Shown here: piece by piece, positions 56,360 to 64,000 of the stretch | How positions within the stretch are numbered: position 1 is the first letter of the stretch | Layout of the letters: each line of letters opens with the position of its first letter | NCBI GenBank assembly: GCA_964016885.1 | Contig: OZ024751.1 | Span: forward strand, 34,348,001 to 34,412,000 | Reading direction: 5' to 3' | Source: Eledone cirrhosa | Lineage: Eukaryota | Length of the DNA stretch: 64,000 nt | Position numbers and translations under genes: made by a program | Notes under the pieces: model-generated | Seen by the model: the letters and a program-made list of their open reading frames with translations, nothing else | The model's database searches: none | Told to the model about the DNA's origin: nothing

Positions 56360-57792
56360 ATGTGATCATTAGAGGGCATGGCATACTCTAATAGTTTTTC
56401 TTTTATCGTTACTGTTTGAAATGATAAAAAAGGATAAAACAAGTTTCATTATTCAGAAAATATAATTCCATAACAACATAACTAAAGAACACTAGGTTTT
56501 GCTTCGATTTCTTTTATTTTTTGCTCTTCTTTTATTAATTTTACAAAGCCAATGTGAAGGAGATATTTTAACCTAAACGACGATCAATATTCAAAAGAAA
56601 CTGTGTTGTTATTGCCGTTGTTTCTATTTTATCATATGCCACTAAGACAATCAATGGAGACTTTAGTTTTTCCATGAACAAACAAATATTATCTGCAAAA
56701 AGAAAAGGAAAAATAATCTGTTTTTTCATTTAAAAGAAAAGCTGGTTTTTGTAACAAGAGGAAAAAAATAAGCCGCAACAGTAGAATGCATTTGTTAAAC
56801 GTTTGTCAAGATGGCGGACAAAAAAGAGTCAGGAATCAATAAATAATTAACTATTTCCGTAATTAAAACAATGAATCAATTGGTTAAGTTGTTGCTTTTT
56901 TACAATAATGTTGAAAATAGGCATTCATTAAATATTTTACGTTTAATGAACAACTTTTGTTCCCAATTCTTGCTAAACATGTCAAACAATTAATGCAGTT
57001 ATACAGCAGAAAGATTATACTCTTTCACGCGCATATATATATATATGTGTATGTATATATATATGTGTGTGTGTGTATATATATATATGTGTGTGTGTAT
57101 ATATATATGTGTGTGTGTGTATATATATGTGTGTGTGTATATATATATATATGTGTGTGCTTGTGTGTAAATATATGCTTGTAGGAATGTATGCGTGTGT
57201 TTATTGAATTTTTCTTTATTTAGCATTTTTCATATTTCATTATTAGCCCCTTTTATGTTCCATTTGTAATATTAGCCTGCCTAAATACTCTTCTATATTA
57301 ATGCTTCAACGCTTTTTCAACATCTGAATAAAGTAATGGCACTAACGACATGCCGCCCGCACCTAAAGCAATAGGCTCTATAGAATAGGAAAACTGGTTA
57401 TATCTCCCACGTCAAATTGTAAAATACTTCAACGTTGAAAGTCCTACAATATTTTATAGACAATTACTTGTGTAATGTTAGTGTCTGATTAGCAATTTGT
57501 TGTAAGTGAATGGTCCATACATAACAATTTCATATTTTAGAATTTTATATAGTTTTATTGGGCTTAAAAAATGTTATTCAATCTAATTATATTTCTTGTA
57601 CTTCGATATAATGTTTTTAAAATTGTTGCTCTTTGTAAATATGTGGTCAAGCAACGAGAAAGTTCCCTGCATCCTTGTCCGTCCTTGAAATCTTTATATG
57701 TTGCCTGTTCTTTGTGCCTTCTTACTTTCTGTTATATTCTAACTATACATACATGTGTGTGTATATATATAAATATATATATATAATGTGTG

Positions 57793-57841
<49 letters not shown>

Positions 57842-58237
57842 ATATATTTGGCCATCAGTTATCATATATCTTTTTTGAACTAATGATGATCTGATCTCTA
57901 CATAAAATATTTTCCCCCACTAGAATACATCTATTCTCAATTCAATTTCTGAAACGCTGCTCCTGTACCTTCGGAATACAGGCTCTGGGTACATTTCACT
58001 TTTTAAAGCGGGTACATTTATCGTTTTCCGCATGAGCAGGATGTTAGAGGGCTCCTGTTTTATGTTTCATGCAGGATGTTAGGTTTTTGGTGCAAGAGTA
58101 ACCGATTTTCATCGTGTTGGTGTTAAATATGATTGTATGTGTAGCTAGGGAAATGTTAAGAATGTTTACCCTCAGTTTTACATATATATGTGTGTGTATG
58201 TTAGTGTGAGTAAGAAAGTATGTGTGTGCGTGTGTAA

Positions 58238-58298
<61 letters not shown>

Positions 58299-58609
58299 CT
58301 ATATGCTCACGGAAATGTTTGGAATATTGTGGCGTCGTCTTTTTTTGCACTGGCAAAAGAAAATTTACTAAGAATGGAAAGAATTTCAAGAGAAGCAAAG
58401 TAAAAGAATAAAATATCAACTGAAATTCATAGCAAAATCGATGTTTGAGGTTGCCTTAGTAAAACGAAAGAAATTGTAAGTTGATTGATTGGTTGTTTTC
58501 GGTTATGACCTGAGTAAGATTCAAGTTCAGTGATCGCGTCGAGATCTTAATATGTGAAGTGAGCGTCGACATCTATTAGTAATTTTCACCAGAAGAAACA
58601 AAGTATACA

Positions 58610-58684
<75 letters not shown>

Positions 58685-58783
58685 TTTAATTACATATACT
58701 TATTTACACAATTACACACTGACAATTATATATCCATATGTATATGTGTATATAATATAAATATCTCTCTCTCTGCCTCTCTG

Positions 58784-58821
<38 letters not shown>

Positions 58822-59108
58822 CCTTGAACTCAAATATACCCTAAGCCATATAATAATACTACTGTAAGGGAAAAGAAATGAACGACATGACATTTATATA
58901 TATATATATACACATACACACACATATAGACACATTCTTACATACACACGATATAAATAGAAATGAAGTTAAGTCACTCAAACCAACACAAAAATCAACA
59001 GAAAATCGATGTATTTTATGTAATATTGTAATATATTTTATATTTTACACACACGCATACACACCACCGACTCACACACACCCATACACAGATGTATATA
59101 TATCTATC

Positions 59109-59145
<37 letters not shown>

Positions 59146-61892
59146 ATGTTCAGTTTCAATGTTTATACAGAAACAAATATCCTATAATTTATCGGTAGAA
59201 CTATCTCTGACCAAAGTCCTAACATTTATATTTCTTTATAAATTTATAGACTTTTTATTTGGCTTATAAAAATTATTGATTTTGCAGTAAACATTTTTAC
59301 AACCTTCTGAACACTAAATAACACTATATATATGGAGGTGTTTATAGGAATGGACCATCAACCTCTTCCTGGTTATTCTACCTACTAGAAATAACTGATA
59401 ATATTTCTAGATATTGTCTGAAAAAATATTACAAGTCTTTCAGTACATATTATAGTAGGTCTACCGGATTATTGCTAACCTCGCTTTATACAATTAATAT
59501 AAAGAACATGAGATCATCTTATGTTTGTGTTAAATAATGTAGTCATTGTGTTGTAATATATATATGATTTTATATCTACTGGATCAATGTAGTTATTGGC
59601 TTGTAGTAAATATGATCATATATCTACTGGATCAGGCCTGGCCTCGGGCTAAATAATAATGAAACGAGCACTACAGCTGTATAGATTGAACGACATACCA
59701 AGTTTACCATTCTTTTGTTTGTGTGTAATGATGTATGTCATTCGACACAATCAGTAGAGCATCAGATGGAAAGCGCTATGATATTTGTACAAGTTCTCTG
59801 CATTCATATTCTTTTCAATTTAAATATGTTTTGACCCTAATTTCTGACCCCAAAATAACTATGTACACCCCCAATATATTCTTGATAAACATAGATCTGT
59901 GTTAAGGGTGCAGCTGTCTACTCTGTCTCCGAATACAGGCGTCGATGTCTCATCGGGTGGTGGAGTAAATTTGTAGGTAATTTGTTCCCTTCCACCCTAA
60001 ATCAGGGCTTCTCAAGGCCAGTCACAGGCGACGAAACTCCTACACAGCAGCACAAAGTCTTTGGTTATTGTGGCGCCACCCCTTAACACATCAGAGGCCA
60101 TGACAGTTTATGGGTTTGCTCTTATGACTGAGCGAGATGTCTCCATCCAACTCAATGTGTTAAGTGCATCATCTCTTTTGAGCCAGATATAGTAACTCAC
60201 TTCCATGTGTGTGTGGGTATATGCGTTTGTGTGTATGTGTATATATATGTATACATGTGAATGTGTATATATAAATATATATATATACTACGCATGTTTG
60301 TGTACGAGTGTAGGTGTGTGTGTCTTCGTGTATAAGTGTTTGTATGTATCCATATATGTATATATATGTATACATGTATATATATATCCATGTATGTTTG
60401 TGTACGCGAGAGTGTACAGGTGTTTTGTTACGTATCGATATTTCTATCAATATATAATATGTATACAATGTATTAATATATAGTCTTAGACTAAATTAGT
60501 ATACACTTAAATTTCTGTTTACTTTAAACGATAGTATCGTAAACATATATTTTAATTTCCCTTATCACCTAATTGTATAATCTGGAATTTACTACAGCTC
60601 CTTTTCAAATTTATTCCACATGTACATAGAAGTTATTTTAACCACCTTATTAATAATATGTAATTAACAATTATTAATGAGTGATAATCAATAATTAATA
60701 ATTGAAGGTTGATGACTGATAATTATTGATAATTATTTCTTAAATTTTTTTCTGTTTTGAGACACATAACTTTAAACTACTATTAATTTATTCATATTAA
60801 TGTAAAAACACACACATATACACAAAAACAGACGCACCCCACACCCTCACACCCGCATTTATATATCATATATATGTCAGTTGTTTCATAGCCTTACAAA
60901 TGTTTCAATGCAAGTTATTCAACCAAAGCTTTTGTTACTACAATAGAGTAATACATGGGGAAAATATATTGAGTATAACAAAGTATTTTAAAATATTGTA
61001 CATCTTCAGAAACAATATAAATGATTATATATATCTAGCAATCAGCAACCCAGAGAGATGTAGTTTTCCGACCGTACACGAGTCCTTTTTAGGTTTGGGG
61101 GTTTGCTGATTACCAGCTCATTGTATAATCATTTATATTGCTTCTGAAGATGTACAATATTCAAAGATTCTTTGTTATACTAAATATATTATCCCCATTT
61201 TTTACTATATTGTAATAACTAAACCATCATTTGACTAACTCATACTGAAACACTTGTAAGGTGAATTAAGAAATCTCTTCTATCATTTCGATATATACAT
61301 GTCACTTATTTCTTCTTTTCTTAAACAACTTGTCTATATTTCTATTTCTGATGACATAAACACATTGAGCTGGAAATTCTTTTTAGTTTACTGCCTATAC
61401 ACACGATATTATAATATTAAATACTGAATATGTTTCTAACTAAAATGTATCTATCTATGTTTCTAACTAACACTTATCTCTCCTTTATAAATGTATTTAC
61501 ACACTCGGCTTCTCTTTATATTTTACACTTTTTCTCCTCATCCCTGTCTTCATATTATCTCGTAATACTTGTAAACATACTGTCCCCGTCATTTTCATAT
61601 AGAGTTCACATCTTTTATTTAAACGGCTTACAATAAAAACATACATAACTTTCAGTAACCATTATGGTCTTTCTTCCAATTGAGATATATTTCCACAAAT
61701 GTATGTTTTTAATACCTCTGAGGATACAAATAGAGGTTCAGGTAGATTATATGGTTTTATGCTAACAATCTGGATTTACTCCTAAATACGATAAAACTTA
61801 ATCAAATTCTCTTTACTATATTCTTCGATATCCTCTTTTGAAACAGGTCTATGACGAAGGAACTGTGTTAAATATCTTTACAATTCCTATTT

Positions 61893-63137
<1,245 letters not shown>

Positions 63138-63203
63138 CTATATACCTCTTCCTGATCTTTCCCTTTTCTGGTTGTCTTCAGTGATGGTCAGATCCACTTT
63201 ACG

Positions 63204-63513
63204 ACCTTCACCTGACCAAGTACACCACAGCTATGTTGAGGTGAGGACTATATGTTCTAGTTACATGTTACTATTAGTCTTACCTTCACCTGACCAAGTA
63301 CACCACAGCTATGTTGAGGTGAGGACTATATGTTCTAGTTACATGTTACTATTAGTCTTACCTTCACCTGACCAAGTACACCACAGCTATGTTGAGGTGA
63401 GGACTATATGTTCTAGTTACATGATACTATTAGTCTTACCTTCACCTGACCAAGTACACCACAGCTATGTTGAGGTGAGGACTATATATTCTAGTTACAT
63501 CTTACTATTAGTC
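63204..63513. repeat. 78-bp tandem repeat, 4 copies
   Basis: Units start at 63204, 63282, 63360 and 63438 (ACCTTCACCTGACCAAGTACACC...). Confidence 0.95.
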
Positions 63514-63649
63514 ATACAACAAATATAACAGTACTTAGCTTTCATTGTGTCGCCATTATTACACATAAACACGGTAGAGAGCTATAACTGTACACTAATA
63601 TAACATATCACCATTCTAATCTATCACCATAACACCCTACTAACATACT

Positions 63650-64000
63650 CTCTACCACTATACCATTATACCACCATACCACTATAAAACCATACCACTA
63701 TACCACCATACGATCATACCACTATACTACCATACCATTATACCACTATACCACCATACCACTATACCACTATACACTATACCACCATACCACTATACCA
63801 CTATACCACTATACCACCATACCACTATACCACTATACACTATACCACTATACACCATACCACTATGCCACTATACCACTATACCACCATACCACTATAG
63901 CACCATACCACTATACCACTATACACTATACCACTATACCACCATACCACTATACCACCATACCACTATACCACCATACCACTATACCACTATACACTAT
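63650..64000. repeat. (CATAC/TATAC/CAC)n degenerate simple repeat, runs off the window
   Basis: Directly visible. Confidence 0.9.

Overview
Eukaryotic, very AT-rich, microsatellite-saturated DNA. The tRNA-head SINE family and the 5S rRNA sequence fit a coleoid cephalopod (Octopus-like) genome; this is inferred from remembered consensus sequences, not from a search. No intact host protein-coding gene can be supported, and almost all ORF-track entries are translated (TA)n/(CA)n/(TC)n or minisatellites. Supported features: a probably pseudogenised 5S rRNA copy (54485-54603), the C-terminus of a Penelope-like element (PLE) GIY-YIG endonuclease (55716-55964), two ~96% identical internal RTE-clade LINE fragments, several SINEs, a MITE-like element, 32-, 37- and 78-bp minisatellites, and two weak exon candidates. 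The strongest unexplained structure is that (TA)n tracts repeatedly contain short 60-570 bp inserts, many built as (TA)n-inverted arm-arm-tail-(TA)n, from at least four unrelated sequence families. Several inserts carry whole or half hammerhead-ribozyme motifs. One family (8 copies) has a fixed 5' boundary at AGTCCAGAA inside the predicted ribozyme and two fixed 3' boundaries. I interpret this, as inference, as a (TA)n-targeted, twin-primed PLE micro-insertion system that may also capture other RNAs (5S rRNA, RTE fragments).
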